The notes beneath the pieces were generated by a model that saw nothing but the letters and a program-made list of their open reading frames with translations, searched no databases and had not been told where the DNA came from. A stretch of 63,689 bases of DNA, counting the filler, from Octopus bimaculoides (Eukaryota), in the NCBI RefSeq assembly GCF_001194135.2. It is 8 parts of 7 records of this genome, joined end to end, with 100 filler letters (N's around TTAATTAATTAA, not from the genome) between each part and the next. Parts side by side here need not be neighbours in the genome. Positions count along the whole stretch, not along the records: positions 62,614 to 63,689 come from NC_068984.1; 7 more parts are not named here. One strand, given 5' to 3'. Of this stretch, positions 62,729 through 63,689 are shown piece by piece (positions within the stretch are counted from its first letter, which is position 1; every line of letters begins with the position of its first letter). The translations under genes were made by a program, and so were the position numbers.

Positions 62729-63091
62729 GAGGGTACAGAGTTTCACTTTAAACAAGGTGAAATATTTAAGATTAAATCAAATTTCACCTGTTCATCGGAC
62801 AACCTAATCTATGCCATTACCTGCTTAGGGTGCGGTAATCAATATATTGGCCAAACAGGAATATCACTCCGTCGAAGAACCACTCTTCACAAAGAACAAA
62901 TCCACTACCCACAATGCAGACAGATACAGGTCAGTGAACACATAGACAGGTGTGCTAGGAACCTTAATCCTAATTTCCTAATTTTCCCCTTCTATCAATG
63001 TTCACAGAATACCTCAGTACAGCAAAGAATAAATAGCGTAGCAACTTTCATCAATAAATATCATCCACAACCTAACATGAGCACAACATAA
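62726..63091 (+). pseudogene. Penelope-like element (Neptune-type) GIY-YIG endonuclease fragment
   Basis: FTCSSDNLIYAITCLGCGNQYIGQTG..RRR..LH..SEH: GIY/YIG motifs with an intervening CxxC and downstream His residues; no RT upstream. Confidence 0.85.
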
Positions 63092-63650
63092 TAGAGAATA
63101 CCTCTAACCTTACCGATGATGCCACTAACACCCATACATCGCATACGCCATTCACATTACAGATTTATATCTACCTTAATTGCACCAAATCCAGACCTAC
63201 TTACCTCCCTTACACAATCTTTTTACTCAGGGACTAGTAGACCCGACACCGTTTGATAATCGGTACGCATTCAAAGCCAGTGAACAGCAATAACGACACC
63301 GGTTTGACTTTGAATCTCTTTAACAATTCAAAATAATGAACTTAATTCCTCTAAATTCTACCTCAGTTCATCTAATTGTATTTATTTATCGCTACATTTC
63401 ATAAAGAAGCCTTTAATTTTTTGGTATTCAATGTGCATTTTCACTTTTTTTCTTACATTCCCCATATCTTTTCTACGTGTAGTTTCTATTTTCTTTTTGA
63501 AACAAATTTCTAGTATATATACATACATAAATATATATATACATATGTACATGCATATATATATATATATACATATATGCATAGATATATATACATGTAT
63601 ACATACATATATATATACATATACACAAACATATATATACATACATATAC

Positions 63651-63689
<39 letters not shown>

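Overview
AT-rich, repeat-dense eukaryotic genomic DNA from a fragmented draft assembly, with about 7 kb of N. The SINE, LINE and microsatellite content looks like an octopod cephalopod, probably Octopus; this is inferred from recalled repeat families, not from a database search. The window is not contiguous: seven identical 100-bp spacers (44 N + TTAATTAATTAA + 44 N, stop codons in all six frames) join eight separate scaffolds, so adjacency across them has no biological meaning. I found no credible intact host gene. Nearly all long ORFs in the track come from microsatellites or N runs. Recognisable content: several tRNA-head SINE families (a Meta-like family with a recurrent dimer, a CORE-like family and others), decayed LINE pieces (R4/Dong, RTE, Tx1/L1-like, HERO/NeSL-like, CR1-like), a Penelope-type GIY-YIG fragment, Tc1/mariner/pogo relics and MITEs, and Helitron/Helentron-type ends. 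The most interesting signal is a set of minimal hammerhead-ribozyme folds of the type carried by Penelope-like elements. One lies inside a tRNA-headed SINE (31373-31680, with a core-deleted second copy at 55632-55895). Another, with a core variant, lies in a short element embedded in (TA)n (6468-6505). Together they suggest non-autonomous, ribozyme-bearing retroelements that may use Penelope-like machinery. Catalytic activity and mobilisation are untested inferences.
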